Shown piece by piece: positions 40,216 through 50,176 of a stretch of DNA of 64,000 nucleotides. The notes under the pieces are model-generated. The model was not told where the DNA came from. It was given only the letters and a program-made list of their open reading frames with translations, and ran no database searches. This DNA is from ANME-2 cluster archaeon (GTDB lineage Archaea > Halobacteriota > Methanosarcinia > Methanosarcinales > Methanocomedenaceae), in NCBI GenBank assembly GCA_014237145.1, contig JAAXOC010000089.1, positions 6,324-70,323 of the forward strand, given 5' to 3'. The position numbers were made by a program, and so were the translations under genes. Every line of letters begins with the position of its first letter. Position 1 is the first letter of the stretch.

Positions 40216-40857
40216 ATGACGCTGGAATTGAATATTAAACCAAAGACCTATGACTTCTACCTGATGATCCTCACATCAGCGGTGCTGGCGTTGATAGGTC
40301 TGGTGTGTCTGTACGGTATCGGCTATTATACGTACACCAACGAGACTGCACCCCAGTGGACCCAGACCCAAATGTACGGGGATTATATCGACAGCATGAA
40401 CCAGCTTATTTACCCGTTCATCGTGCTGCTGCTGGTGGCACTGGGACTGTGCATACCCAAACGGATACTACCCCGGCAGTCGCTCCTGGCCGCGGGAACC
40501 GGCATACTGGCAGCTACTTTCTTTATAGCACTAATTACCAACATAGGCACCAGCCTGGCATTCCTGCTTGCAATCTCCATAGTGGTACAGGCAGCGGTCA
40601 TGGTATTGACCATGCTGGGGCGGGGCGGGCTGACCTATGAGCGGGAAGGGTATTTTGTCCGGACCGGCTCGTCCATGTTGCACCTGGGCACAGTAATATT
40701 TGTGTTCGATTTCGTTAGCATGCGCAGCAGCGAGTTTCATATTCCAGTGTTCTGGGTGGCAACCATCCTGATAACCGTGGGTACGGTGCTGTCGTTCTAT
40801 CCGGGCGAAGTCGGGAGCATTGCCAGGTTAGTGCGATCGGGCGGCAGGAGTTCCTGA
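40216..40857 (+). CDS. membrane protein, possibly a cytochrome c maturation partner
   Basis: About 6 hydrophobic helices, SSMLHLG; follows the CcmF-like gene. Confidence 0.6.
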   Translation: MTLELNIKPKTYDFYLMILTSAVLALIGLVCLYGIGYYTYTNETAPQWTQTQMYGDYIDSMNQLIYPFIVLLLVALGLCIPKRILPRQSLLAAGTGILAATFFIALITNIGTSLAFLLAISIVVQAAVMVLTMLGRGGLTYEREGYFVRTGSSMLHLGTVIFVFDFVSMRSSEFHIPVFWVATILITVGTVLSFYPGEVGSIARLVRSGGRSS

Positions 40858-40931
40858 AGTGCAGTGTCGCTGCTTCTGGCTGTTCGAATACAATATATAG
40901 TATCGTGTACAATTTAATTGTGGGGCCAGAT

Positions 40932-41657
40932 ATGAACAGGACACTGACGTTCGGGGGCAGGACGCAGGAACCGGATATCCGCATGCTGTCTGATATTGAA
41001 GCTGTCCTGCTTGACAGGGAAATACTCCGGGGCGGGGACAGGGAACTCTATTATATGTACCGGGACCTGGCACTGAGCCGCCGCGATCACGAGACCATGC
41101 TCGAACACGGCCTGCGCTATGATATCACCATCATCCCACCTGCCATGCTGGGCAGGGAATATGTGAAGACCGCAGGACATTACCACCCTGCTGTGCCCGG
41201 CACTGACATATCGTATCCGGAAGTGTATGAGGTACTTGCTGGCGAGGGGCATTACCTGCTGCAAAAGCGCACAGGCGGCGGTTCGGTGATCGATGTAGTG
41301 CTGGTACGGGCATCGGTCGGAGATAAAGTGATCATTCCGCCGGACTACGGCCATGTTACCATCAATACCAGCAATAAGGAACTAAAGATGGCAAACTGGG
41401 TGTCCAGGGAGTTCGCATGTGTATATGAGCCATACGTGGAACTGTATGGTGCGGCCTACTATCTGACAGAGGATGGTTTTGTTGCCAACCCTGGTTACAG
41501 GGATGTGCCTGAGGTCAGGGAGGTAAAGCCCAAGAGTTTCAGTGACGTGGGGCTGGCCCGGGGCAGGGAGATCTACGGGCTTGTGAAGGATTTGGGTAAG
41601 CTGGATTTCCTTAACAGGCCGCAGGAGTTCGGGTGGTTGTTCGAGGATGTGCTTTAA
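40932..41657 (+). CDS. cupin-type glucose-6-phosphate isomerase family protein
   Basis: LYYMYR, YDITIIPP, KTAGHYH, PEVYEV, IPPDYGH. Confidence 0.85.
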   Translation: MNRTLTFGGRTQEPDIRMLSDIEAVLLDREILRGGDRELYYMYRDLALSRRDHETMLEHGLRYDITIIPPAMLGREYVKTAGHYHPAVPGTDISYPEVYEVLAGEGHYLLQKRTGGGSVIDVVLVRASVGDKVIIPPDYGHVTINTSNKELKMANWVSREFACVYEPYVELYGAAYYLTEDGFVANPGYRDVPEVREVKPKSFSDVGLARGREIYGLVKDLGKLDFLNRPQEFGWLFEDVL

Positions 41658-41735
41658 GCAGCTGCTGGTCAACGTGATCTTCTTTAAGCGGTTGCTGGTC
41701 AACGGGAGCGCTTTAAACGGCTGCTGGTTAACAGG
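41652..41735 (+). repeat. 3 degenerate copies of a 29-30-bp unit
   Basis: CTTTAAGCRGYTGCTGGTCAAC-like units starting at 41652, 41682, 41711. Confidence 0.7.
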
Positions 41736-41818
41736 ATGGATGTATGGCGATACGAATATGATATTTCAAGGTACCGGGTTTTTCCAGGCAGCTTAAAGGG
41801 AAGGTATATATTTATCTA

Positions 41819-41974
41819 AATGGGGTATCCATTTAACTCCCGTTCTATTTCATCTGAGAATCAGTCCATAAACTGGTTCCATGTCTTAGGGCAGTCCATG
41901 TCTGCTTTTGGCATTACTCAATATTAAACTCTTCCACTTATATGAGGTTTCGGGAGTTAAGTGGATACCCCACT
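41819..41974. mobile_element. MITE with 8-bp target-site duplication
   Basis: 22-bp IR TGGGGTATCCATTTAACTCCCG / CGGGAGTTAAGTGGATACCCCA; TTTATCTA at 41811-41818 and 41975-41982. Confidence 0.75.
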
Positions 41975-42392
41975 TTTATCTATACGTTAATAAAAATGGA
42001 CTTGAAGAACACTACCAGATACTTATGGAGTTTGCACCCAAGAACAAGAATATCTCGTTTTTGGATATTGAGGTAGAAAAACAAAGTTTTTTGAAGGAGC
42101 AAATCATAGGACATAATTAGTAATCGCAAATTATTAACAAAATATGGCCAGGTGAGATAATACGGGTTATACATGTATATTTTTAGTAGGTTCACGCTGC
42201 ACAGCAAGTGCAAGTCATTATTTTCCAGATGAGGCACACATGAAGAAATACTGCAATAGCCTTAATGCTCAAAATTGCCCTATCATGCTGGTGTATGTAA
42301 CAAGACCTGGTGCTTTTACTGAAGGATATTAGCACAGATCAAGCGCGATTTCGAAGATTTTATTTATACCACGTATCAGTTATTTGATCATC

Positions 42393-42584
42393 ATGTGTGA
42401 ATTAAATGCCATTTTAATTGACGGAAAGGATAAAACAACATTAATGGAAGATGTTGTACGGTTGGCTGTGGATGGAAATGAGATTACCATTACAGGAATT
42501 TTTGGAGATACCATGACCTTACCCGGACGGATATTGCGCGTGGATATGACGAAAAATGAAGCATTGATAGAAAATATCGATTAA
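42393..42584 (+). CDS. CooT family nickel-binding protein
   Basis: MCELNA...LMEDV...ITGIFG. Confidence 0.75.
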   Translation: MCELNAILIDGKDKTTLMEDVVRLAVDGNEITITGIFGDTMTLPGRILRVDMTKNEALIENID

Positions 42585-42635
42585 AATACATCAAAAAAAT
42601 GACCACTGCTATAACAAAAATGAGGGGATAATAAA

Positions 42636-43658
42636 ATGTCAAAAGCAAAGATTGCTATTAATGGATACGGTACCATCGGAAAGCGAGTAGGAGATGCAGT
42701 TTCTGCCCAGGATGATATGGAAATAGTGGGTGTAGTGAAAACCCGCCCGTCATTTGAAGCTAAACTGGCAATAGACAGGAGTTTTGACCTGTATGCATCA
42801 ACTTCCGATAAGATAGAAGCCTTTAGCAAGGCAGGCATTGAAGTTTCGGGTACACTGGACGAGCTACTTGGTAAGACAGACCTGGTAGTAGACTGCACCC
42901 CCGGCAAAGTAGGTGCCACATACAAGGACCTGTATTTGAAACATGGTGTAAAGGCTATCTGGCAGGGCGGTGAGGAACATGAACTGGCAGGATTTAGTTT
43001 CAACTCGGAAGCCAATTATGATGATGCCATTGGCAGGGACCTGACCCGCGTGGTCAGCTGTAACACCACCGGACTGACCAGGGCACTGTATCCCCTGGAC
43101 CAGGAATTCGGTGTCAAGAAGTCCAGGGTCACCCTGATGCGAAGGGCGGCAGACCCGGGAAATATCAAGAGCGGCCCGATAAACGCTATTGTACCCAATC
43201 CTATCAGCTTACCCAGCCACCACGGGCCGGATGTAAATTCCATCATGCCGTATCTCGAAATTGCAACGGTGGCTGTGAAACTGTCCACTACTATCATGCA
43301 TTTCCATGCACTGAATGTTGAGCTGGAAAAAGATTTCGAGCCACAGGATATCATTGACCTGTATGCCGGCAGGCCACGTATCAGGTTCGTATCGGGTGAA
43401 GATAACATAAATAGTACGGCAGAGGTCATGGAACTGGCAAGGGACCTGGGACGCAGCCGCAGTGACATGTTCGAGAACGTGATATGGAAGGACAGTATCA
43501 GCAAGTACCACGGCGAACTGTATTTCTTCCAGGCCATCCACCAGGAGTCAGATGTGGTGCCTGAGAATGTGGATGCGATCCGGGCCATGTGCGAACTGGA
43601 ATCAGATGGGGCAAAGTCCATAGCAAGTACCAACAAGGCCATGGGGATAGGTAAATAG
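42636..43658 (+). CDS. gap: type II (archaeal) glyceraldehyde-3-phosphate dehydrogenase
   Basis: NGYGTIGKRV, VVSCNTT, PSHHGPDV, HQESDVVPEN. Confidence 0.95.
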   Translation: MSKAKIAINGYGTIGKRVGDAVSAQDDMEIVGVVKTRPSFEAKLAIDRSFDLYASTSDKIEAFSKAGIEVSGTLDELLGKTDLVVDCTPGKVGATYKDLYLKHGVKAIWQGGEEHELAGFSFNSEANYDDAIGRDLTRVVSCNTTGLTRALYPLDQEFGVKKSRVTLMRRAADPGNIKSGPINAIVPNPISLPSHHGPDVNSIMPYLEIATVAVKLSTTIMHFHALNVELEKDFEPQDIIDLYAGRPRIRFVSGEDNINSTAEVMELARDLGRSRSDMFENVIWKDSISKYHGELYFFQAIHQESDVVPENVDAIRAMCELESDGAKSIASTNKAMGIGK

Positions 43659-44081
43659 GCCTATTATCCCCTATTTTCTTTTAAAATTATTTTAATCCAC
43701 CCCATTGTTGTTAACCATAAAATAAATATGGGTTGACAATCAATCGTTGGCCATGACACAATGTGTTAATGTGAAACCAATGGTCTATGCTTCGCTTTTT
43801 GAAGCACAGTTCTAGACTATATTTTTTAGCAGCCATAGCGGTGCCCGCTACCCTGTACTACCATCCCAGGGTGCTCCTACAGCATATCAGGTGCGAAGGC
43901 GGGCAGCAGCACCAGGGATTGGCGGCCGGGTAAGTGTAGGGGGGCAGCACATGCAAGTGGAGAAAGGAATTGTGTTGGAAGTAGGCGGAACAATATCATA
44001 CTTCTAATATACATTGAAGGTAGCAATAAATAAAAAGAAGTTTTATAATGTATTTGAATCCTTTGTTAATGTGACAAAACT

Positions 44082-44441
44082 ATGGATAAGCTAAATCGAA
44101 TTGAAGAAGCAAGAAAAATCCTTGATGATATCGTAAGCAGGCTCAGGCAAGACTATGAACCTGAACAGATGATCCTGTTCGGTTCTTATGCATACGGGGT
44201 GCCGACCGATGACAGTGATATCGATCTGCTGATAATCAAAGATACCAGTGAATCACCACTTAAGCGGTGGATTAATGTCCGGAAATTAGTATCTGACTTG
44301 AGATGGGGTTTTGCTTTTTCACCTCTTGTCATTACCCCTTCGGAACTTGATAGGCAGCTTAAGAAAGGAGATACGTTTTTTGAGGATATTCTACTAAAAG
44401 GAAAGAAACTTTATGTCAGAGAAGGAATCAAGCCTGCCTGA
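44082..44441 (+). CDS. minimal nucleotidyltransferase (MNT) antitoxin
   Basis: LFGSYAYG...SDIDLLII. Confidence 0.88.
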   Translation: MDKLNRIEEARKILDDIVSRLRQDYEPEQMILFGSYAYGVPTDDSDIDLLIIKDTSESPLKRWINVRKLVSDLRWGFAFSPLVITPSELDRQLKKGDTFFEDILLKGKKLYVREGIKPA

Positions 44442-44853
44442 AGACTGGTTCGAAAAAGGCGACGAGGATAAAAAAGCAGTTGAAATCCTGTTGAAGCATG
44501 GCGGTAGTGTATCAGTTTCATCCTATCTGATCCAGCAGATGCTGGAAAAATATATAAAAGGGTTTTTGCCATCAAAAAATTGGAGACTTAAACGAACCCA
44601 CGATCTTGAAGAACTTCTTGATAAAATGGTTGAATATGACCTGTCCTTTGAAGAGTTTAGGGAACTATCACAGGAAGCTACTGCGTTTTATTTTTTTGAA
44701 CGCTATCCTTTTTTTGGCAGTGAACTAAGTCGGGAAGAGGTTGAGAGAATTTACAATAAATCATTGGAATTGATCAGGAAAATTGAAGACGATAAATTCG
44801 GTGCCACAGAACCACGCTTTGCATATGCTGGAGCAGGACCGGGGCAGGATTGA
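44413..44853 (+). CDS. HEPN domain protein
   Basis: QQMLEKYIKG, RTHDL, RYP; overlaps the MNT gene; tail reads into the RuBisCO remnant. Confidence 0.85.
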   Translation: MSEKESSLPEDWFEKGDEDKKAVEILLKHGGSVSVSSYLIQQMLEKYIKGFLPSKNWRLKRTHDLEELLDKMVEYDLSFEEFRELSQEATAFYFFERYPFFGSELSREEVERIYNKSLELIRKIEDDKFGATEPRFAYAGAGPGQD

Positions 44854-45077
44854 GCCTGTGTTCCCTGTTGCTTCATGCGGGCTGGAACCCACGATGGTGC
44901 CTGAGTTGACAAAGATGTTATCATGCAGTTCGACGGCGGGATACATACCTATCCTATGGGGACAGTATCTGGCGCAACCGCATGCATGCAGTTGATGTAT
45001 CACTTGATGGCATATCTCTTGAGGAATATGCAAAAACCCGTACTGAATTGAAAGCAGCACTGGATAAATGGGGGTAA
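44813..45077 (+). pseudogene. rbcL: C-terminal remnant of form III RuBisCO large subunit
   Basis: Three frames give HMLEQDRGRIEPVFPVASCGLEP / DVIMQFDGGIHTYPMGTVSGATA / AVDVSLDGISLEEYAKTRTELKAALDKWG*. Confidence 0.8.
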
Positions 45078-45108
45078 CAGGGTAATTGAATTTACTTATT
45101 GGAAGATT

Positions 45109-46182
45109 ATGAACTGCAGCACACAGGTCTTTAAGATAGGCACCGGCAACCTGGAAGAGGTTATCAAAACAGCCGCCCGCATCATACAACAGGGCGGCAC
45201 AGTTGCGTTTCCCACTGAGACCGTATACGGTCTGGGTGCAGATGCATTGAACCCGGATGCGGTCAGGAAGATATTCAAGGCAAAGGGGCGGCCCCTGGAT
45301 AATCCCCTTATCGTACACATTGCGGACCAAGAGCAGCTTGGTATGGTTGCCATGGAAGTACCAGATAGTGCCCACGTCTTAATGGATGCATTCTGGCCCG
45401 GCCCCCTTACCATGATATTCAAACGTAAGGATATTGTGCCTGACGTTACCACATGCGGCCTGGATACAGTGGCGATCAGGATGCCTGACAATCCCATAGC
45501 CCTGGGATTGATAAAAGAGGCAGGTACGCCCATTGCCGCACCCAGTGCCAACCTCTCAGGCAGGCCCAGCCCAACCACGGCAGAGCATGTTATTGCTGAT
45601 CTTTCGGGCAGGATAGATGCGGTGATCGATGGCGGGGCCGTGCGCGTGGGTGTGGAATCTACGGTGGTGGACATGACCCCGGAAATTCCTGTGCTGCTAA
45701 GACCGGGCAGGGTCAGTATTGACGAGATAAGGGAATATGTGGGTGAGGTGCTTATTGGTTATACTGACAGGCCAGCAGGTGCAGGTGAAGCTGTCAGGTC
45801 GCCCGGCCTGAAATATACCCATTATTCGCCTGAGACCAGGCTGGTGCTGGTTATGGGGAACAGCAGTGCTGTTGTGGATACGATAAGTGAGCTGGCCAGG
45901 GAGTGCCGGGATCGGAATCTCCGGGTGGGGCTGCTGGTGACCGATGAGACTGCCGGGGTTGAAGAGATGTCTGAGTGTGTGCCGGCAGATGGTGTGTTCT
46001 TGCTGGGAAGCAGGTATGATGCCTCTGCAATTGCCAGCAATCTTTTTGCTGGTCTGAGATATCTGGATCTGGAAGATGTTGATGTGATCATAGCAGACGG
46101 TTCGATTGTGATTGACGGGATTGGAACTGCAGTCCTTAACAGATTGAAAAAAGCTGCTGATGAATTAATTGAAGTAAATTAA
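45109..46182 (+). CDS. sua5: L-threonylcarbamoyladenylate synthase (Sua5)
   Basis: FPTETVYGLG, KGRPLDNPLIVH, PSANLSG, SPG.KY.HYSP. Confidence 0.95.
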   Translation: MNCSTQVFKIGTGNLEEVIKTAARIIQQGGTVAFPTETVYGLGADALNPDAVRKIFKAKGRPLDNPLIVHIADQEQLGMVAMEVPDSAHVLMDAFWPGPLTMIFKRKDIVPDVTTCGLDTVAIRMPDNPIALGLIKEAGTPIAAPSANLSGRPSPTTAEHVIADLSGRIDAVIDGGAVRVGVESTVVDMTPEIPVLLRPGRVSIDEIREYVGEVLIGYTDRPAGAGEAVRSPGLKYTHYSPETRLVLVMGNSSAVVDTISELARECRDRNLRVGLLVTDETAGVEEMSECVPADGVFLLGSRYDASAIASNLFAGLRYLDLEDVDVIIADGSIVIDGIGTAVLNRLKKAADELIEVN

Positions 46183-46220
46183 AAGGATGTGACCTTTGTG
46201 AAGGCTGATAAAAAGGAAAA

Positions 46221-46434
46221 TATGATTGAGAGACAGAAATATATTGCCATACTTACTCGAAACAGGAAGTTGACCAAAATAAATCTTATAATTCTTGGCA
46301 GTGGGTTGCTGCTCACGCTGGCGCATTTTGAGGAAATTGGAAGTATGATCGTGTGGGTGGGTATTGTAATATTCGTATTTACACTGTTTTCTAATCTTAC
46401 GGCAAAACGGATATTACGAAATCTGGGTAAATGA
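46221..46434 (+). CDS. small membrane protein
   Basis: Two hydrophobic helices; start uncertain. Confidence 0.5.
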
Positions 46435-46630
46435 TGTTTCATTATCACAATCCTGCCCTCAATAATGATGATGTTTAACTTGGAGGATGGTGTGGAGTAT
46501 GACTGGATATGTGTGTAAGAGCTACCAGCATTAAAGGAACGAAAATAATTTAATGTTTTACAAGCTCTCTGACAAATAACCATTAAGCAGGATTCAAAGC
46601 AACAAATCGTTTTATTTAAGTATATGAAGA

Positions 46631-46651
46631 CCCTGTACTATTAGTACAGGG
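46631..46651. promoter_or_regulatory. perfect palindrome, candidate operator
   Basis: CCCTGTACTA-T-TAGTACAGGG just downstream of a TATA-like TTTATTTAAG and upstream of the isochorismatase gene. Confidence 0.5.
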
Positions 46652-46695
46652 ATAGTTATTGCAACAAGGAGTTAAAATAATAAGGAGGTAAAGAA

Positions 46696-47304
46696 ATGAG
46701 CGATATGAAGAGAGAAGGAACGGCATTTATCGTCGGACACGCACAAAATTTTATGCTTGATGAAAAAGGACTAAATACAGCTTGGGGTGTTTGGAAGTAT
46801 GCCAAAGAAACAAGGATGATAGAAAATACAAAGAAAGCTATAGAAAAGGCAAGAGAAGCAAGGGTCCCAATAATTTATATCAAATTGGATATAAGACCAC
46901 AGGTTTTACCAAATATCGGTTTCTGGAAACAGGTTAAGGAGATCGACTTCACTAAAATAACCCCCAGCGAAGTCGAATTTCAATTTGGAATAGTGGAGGA
47001 ACTCGCCCCTCACCCAGAGGACTATATAGTCACTAACTACAATACCATGGATGGCTTTCATAATACAGATTTAGAGCAAATACTAAAGGCTTTAAAATGT
47101 GACACCCTGATCTTTACAGGAGTTGCAACAAACCTTTGTCTCGAAACTACCGTGAGAAGTGCTTTTAATAGGGGATATAATACCATAGTGCTCAGCGACT
47201 GTGTTGCTACGATGAATGAAGAGTTACAAAAGTTTCCCATAAATGTAATCTTTCCTATGCTGGGTGAGGTTACGACGGCAGAGAAACTTAAGATTACATC
47301 ATAA
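46696..47304 (+). CDS. isochorismatase / cysteine hydrolase family
   Basis: F.NTDLE.IL, GVATNLCLETT.R.AF.RGY, LSDC. Confidence 0.85.
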   Translation: MSDMKREGTAFIVGHAQNFMLDEKGLNTAWGVWKYAKETRMIENTKKAIEKAREARVPIIYIKLDIRPQVLPNIGFWKQVKEIDFTKITPSEVEFQFGIVEELAPHPEDYIVTNYNTMDGFHNTDLEQILKALKCDTLIFTGVATNLCLETTVRSAFNRGYNTIVLSDCVATMNEELQKFPINVIFPMLGEVTTAEKLKITS

Positions 47305-47383
47305 TCTGTGAAGATAGAAAACAATCCTGGAATGGCAAGGATGCCCCGCAATTCATTGCGGAGTGGCGAGGATGGGACTAGGC

Positions 47384-47575
47384 ATGACCCTTACACTTGA
47401 AACAATTCATGAAGATATATTATCGTTCAAAAGAGAGTTTGGCGGGGTAGTATCATATTTTGAAGAAGACAAAATGGAACTCTCATTTGAAATCAAAAAA
47501 CAGATAGAAGATTCCCGCAAAACACCAATTTTTGAGATGCGGACCCAGGAAGAAGTTGAAAAGGAATTCTTATGA
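47384..47575 (+). CDS. small antitoxin-like protein followed by truncated RelE-like start
   Basis: ATGA overlap with MTFEILWDSK..., which then decays. Confidence 0.5.
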   Translation: MTLTLETIHEDILSFKREFGGVVSYFEEDKMELSFEIKKQIEDSRKTPIFEMRTQEEVEKEFL

Positions 47576-47723
47576 CCTTTGAGATTCTGTGGGACTCAAA
47601 AAACACATATATCACTCCCACCTCCCTATCAAACACTTTCACGCATTCCCGATCAGACCCATCCGACCAGCGCGCCTGGGCGCATCGTACACAAAGGTGT
47701 GGTTCTGCGCGCCCTATTCCTGA

Positions 47724-49058
47724 TCAGTGTATTTCCTGACCCAGCAGCCACTTCCACAGCGGCACAAACTCGATCGTCTTACCTTTAAAATCTTCCTCGC
47801 CCTCGTAATCCCATGTGATCACAAGCAGGTCGCCACATTCAAGTTCTTTTGATGCTTTCAGAATCGCTTTTAATTCCCGTTCTTTTGTGTCAAAATTGTC
47901 AATGTCATAGCATACCTGGATCAACTGCCTGACAGCCAGTCCTTCCTTCACAACGAAATCAACTTCTCGATGCTGGTAGTCTTTCCAGTAATAAACATCA
48001 ATAAAAGGATTTTTCAGTCTTTTGCGCAGCAACTGTGCAGCTACTGTATTTTCAATGAACTTCCCGTAGTTCGCCTGGAACCTGAACCCTACCGAATTTG
48101 CAAGACCTGTGTCAATTGAATATACTTTTCTCGGGGAGTTCTCCTGTTCCTTAAGGGAAAACGAGAAACGTCTTATGAAAAATACCAGGTTTGAAGCTTC
48201 AAGGTATTTGGAATAGGTTTCAACGGTCTTTACTGGCATTTTTATGAATTTCGAGATCTTATTGAATGTGATAGGCGACGAGATGTTAGTTAGATAATAT
48301 GTGCCAAGGAACTCCAGTTTATTGATGTTCCTGACCGACCATCTCTTTACAATATCCTTGTATAATATGTCCTCGTATATCTTCCTGATAATTAATAATT
48401 TCAGTTCACTGCTTGTCTCTATCACAACCTCAGGAAAACCGCCTGACTCCTCGTATACTTTCAAGCTTCTTATGATCTCATCTTTTCTGAGAATTATATC
48501 AGATGGTGTTCTCAGTTCCATGCCTGAGAAGTCCAGGAACTCCCTGAAAGATAAGGGGTACATGTTTATCTCAAGCGTTCTGCCAGTAAGTACTGTTGAA
48601 AATTCACCACTCATCAAGGCAGACGAGGAACCTGTGACTATGATGCGGGCTTCGTTCCTTTCCTGCAGGCTCCGGACGAACTTTTCCCATTTTGGGATAT
48701 CCTGTATTTCATCCAGTATCACCACAGGCTGCATCGACGGCTGCATGATCTCAAGGTATGCTTCGTAGGTGCTCTGAAGATGTTTCAGATCGAGCTCTTC
48801 TGAAAATGAGGGGTCCTCAAAGTTTATAATTAGTGTACTTTTTTCATCGTGTCCTTCTTCGATGAGCCTCTTTACGACCTGCCGTGTGAGAACTGTTTTT
48901 CCAGCTCTTCTTACACCGGATATCACAACGACCTTATTTGCTTTTGATCCAAGGTATTTTAAAGCCTGCTGAAGCTGCGATCTCTCTTTGCCGGTTTCAG
49001 GGATATTGGTCCAGAAGTTCCATCTTGAAAGAACTGCAATGATATCATCTTTTCGCAT
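47724..49058 (-). CDS. AAA_14 / DUF4143 ATP-binding protein
   Basis: GVRRAGKT, LDEIQ, TGSSS, GGFP, ENTVA, EVDFVV, IQV. Confidence 0.9.
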   Translation of the reverse strand: MRKDDIIAVLSRWNFWTNIPETGKERSQLQQALKYLGSKANKVVVISGVRRAGKTVLTRQVVKRLIEEGHDEKSTLIINFEDPSFSEELDLKHLQSTYEAYLEIMQPSMQPVVILDEIQDIPKWEKFVRSLQERNEARIIVTGSSSALMSGEFSTVLTGRTLEINMYPLSFREFLDFSGMELRTPSDIILRKDEIIRSLKVYEESGGFPEVVIETSSELKLLIIRKIYEDILYKDIVKRWSVRNINKLEFLGTYYLTNISSPITFNKISKFIKMPVKTVETYSKYLEASNLVFFIRRFSFSLKEQENSPRKVYSIDTGLANSVGFRFQANYGKFIENTVAAQLLRKRLKNPFIDVYYWKDYQHREVDFVVKEGLAVRQLIQVCYDIDNFDTKERELKAILKASKELECGDLLVITWDYEGEEDFKGKTIEFVPLWKWLLGQEIH

Positions 49059-49353
49059 AGTTTGTATTATGACACATGAATATTTAAGATTTTGTGTATT
49101 ACAATGCACAAAATCCTCATTTCGATCGGATTTACTTGGAGTACATCTGGTTATACCTGATAGAGGCTGTCTAACAATAACTCTCAGTGAATTTTTTTTA
49201 CTTTTTTTCGATTTTAAGCCCTGATCTAATTCGAAAAACCAGAAGGTGTATCAAGCATGACCGTTACACTTGAAACAATTCATGAAGATATATCTTCTTG
49301 TATCGTAAAAAAAGCAAGGTTAGTTGGAGAGACCGGTTTCGAACGTCTCCTGA

Positions 49354-50157
49354 TTAATTATCCTTATCCTTATCTATAATTTCCCTTTTTTTCCGTAACT
49401 TACGTATCTCATTTTTAAAATATATTGTCGTGACCAAAGACGCCACCAATAGCACCAGGCCCACGAATCCCATTATAGTAGGTAGTGATGACTTGTAATA
49501 TTTTACATGGATGAACTGATGGTTTGGATTGGGATTATCCCATATTAGCCACATCCTGTTCTGGTCGTCTAATTGTTTGGTGTCCGGTTTTGGTTTTGGA
49601 GAACCAAAGATTATATTGCCTGTATCATAACCCCTGGGCAACACCACGTTAACAGTCCCGTTCCTGGAAAGGATATGATAGAACAGGCCTTGTTCCACGT
49701 AATAAGTGTAAGCGACATAACCACTGATGGTGTCTGCAAATTCGAAATGTATATTTTTATTACGACTGGATTCATAATATGATACATTGTGCGAGACATT
49801 TGAAAATTGATTGATATTTGAAAAAACCGTTGATCTGCCAGTATTGCCAATGATCACCAGATTATCGATCCCTGGTCCCTTTTCAGACTTGACACCTGAA
49901 ATGTCTTTTAGCAAAACCACATCCAGTCTTGGTACGTTCACAACAGTGTGGATAGCCCTCACTGTCTTGTTCGTATACAAAAAAAATGTAGAGGAATTGG
50001 TGAATTTACCTTCCTGCACACTGAATTCATATGCAGAAAAATCACCCGGGTCAATTTGAATTTGTTCCGGGTCTTTACTTCCCAGACATCCATTTGAGGT
50101 GAATGCCATCATTATCAGGGCAATCAGGAGTAGAATTTTTAGTATTCTGTTTACCAT
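49354..50157 (-). CDS. lipoprotein-like membrane protein (DUF5803-like)
   Basis: N-terminal signal with GCLG, VVLP.GY....FG, C-terminal TM; follows dacZ. Confidence 0.65.
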   Translation of the reverse strand: MVNRILKILLLIALIMMAFTSNGCLGSKDPEQIQIDPGDFSAYEFSVQEGKFTNSSTFFLYTNKTVRAIHTVVNVPRLDVVLLKDISGVKSEKGPGIDNLVIIGNTGRSTVFSNINQFSNVSHNVSYYESSRNKNIHFEFADTISGYVAYTYYVEQGLFYHILSRNGTVNVVLPRGYDTGNIIFGSPKPKPDTKQLDDQNRMWLIWDNPNPNHQFIHVKYYKSSLPTIMGFVGLVLLVASLVTTIYFKNEIRKLRKKREIIDKDKDN

Positions 50158-50176
50158 GGTATATTGACACCGGGCC

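Noticed and set aside
41652..41735. mini-CRISPR
   Set aside because: Period is only 29-30 bp with about 7-bp variable parts, too short for spacers
43830..43960. SRP RNA as a firm feature
   Set aside because: The motif deviates from the GNRA/AGCAG consensus and no ~300-nt archaeal SRP architecture is evident; kept only as a weak finding
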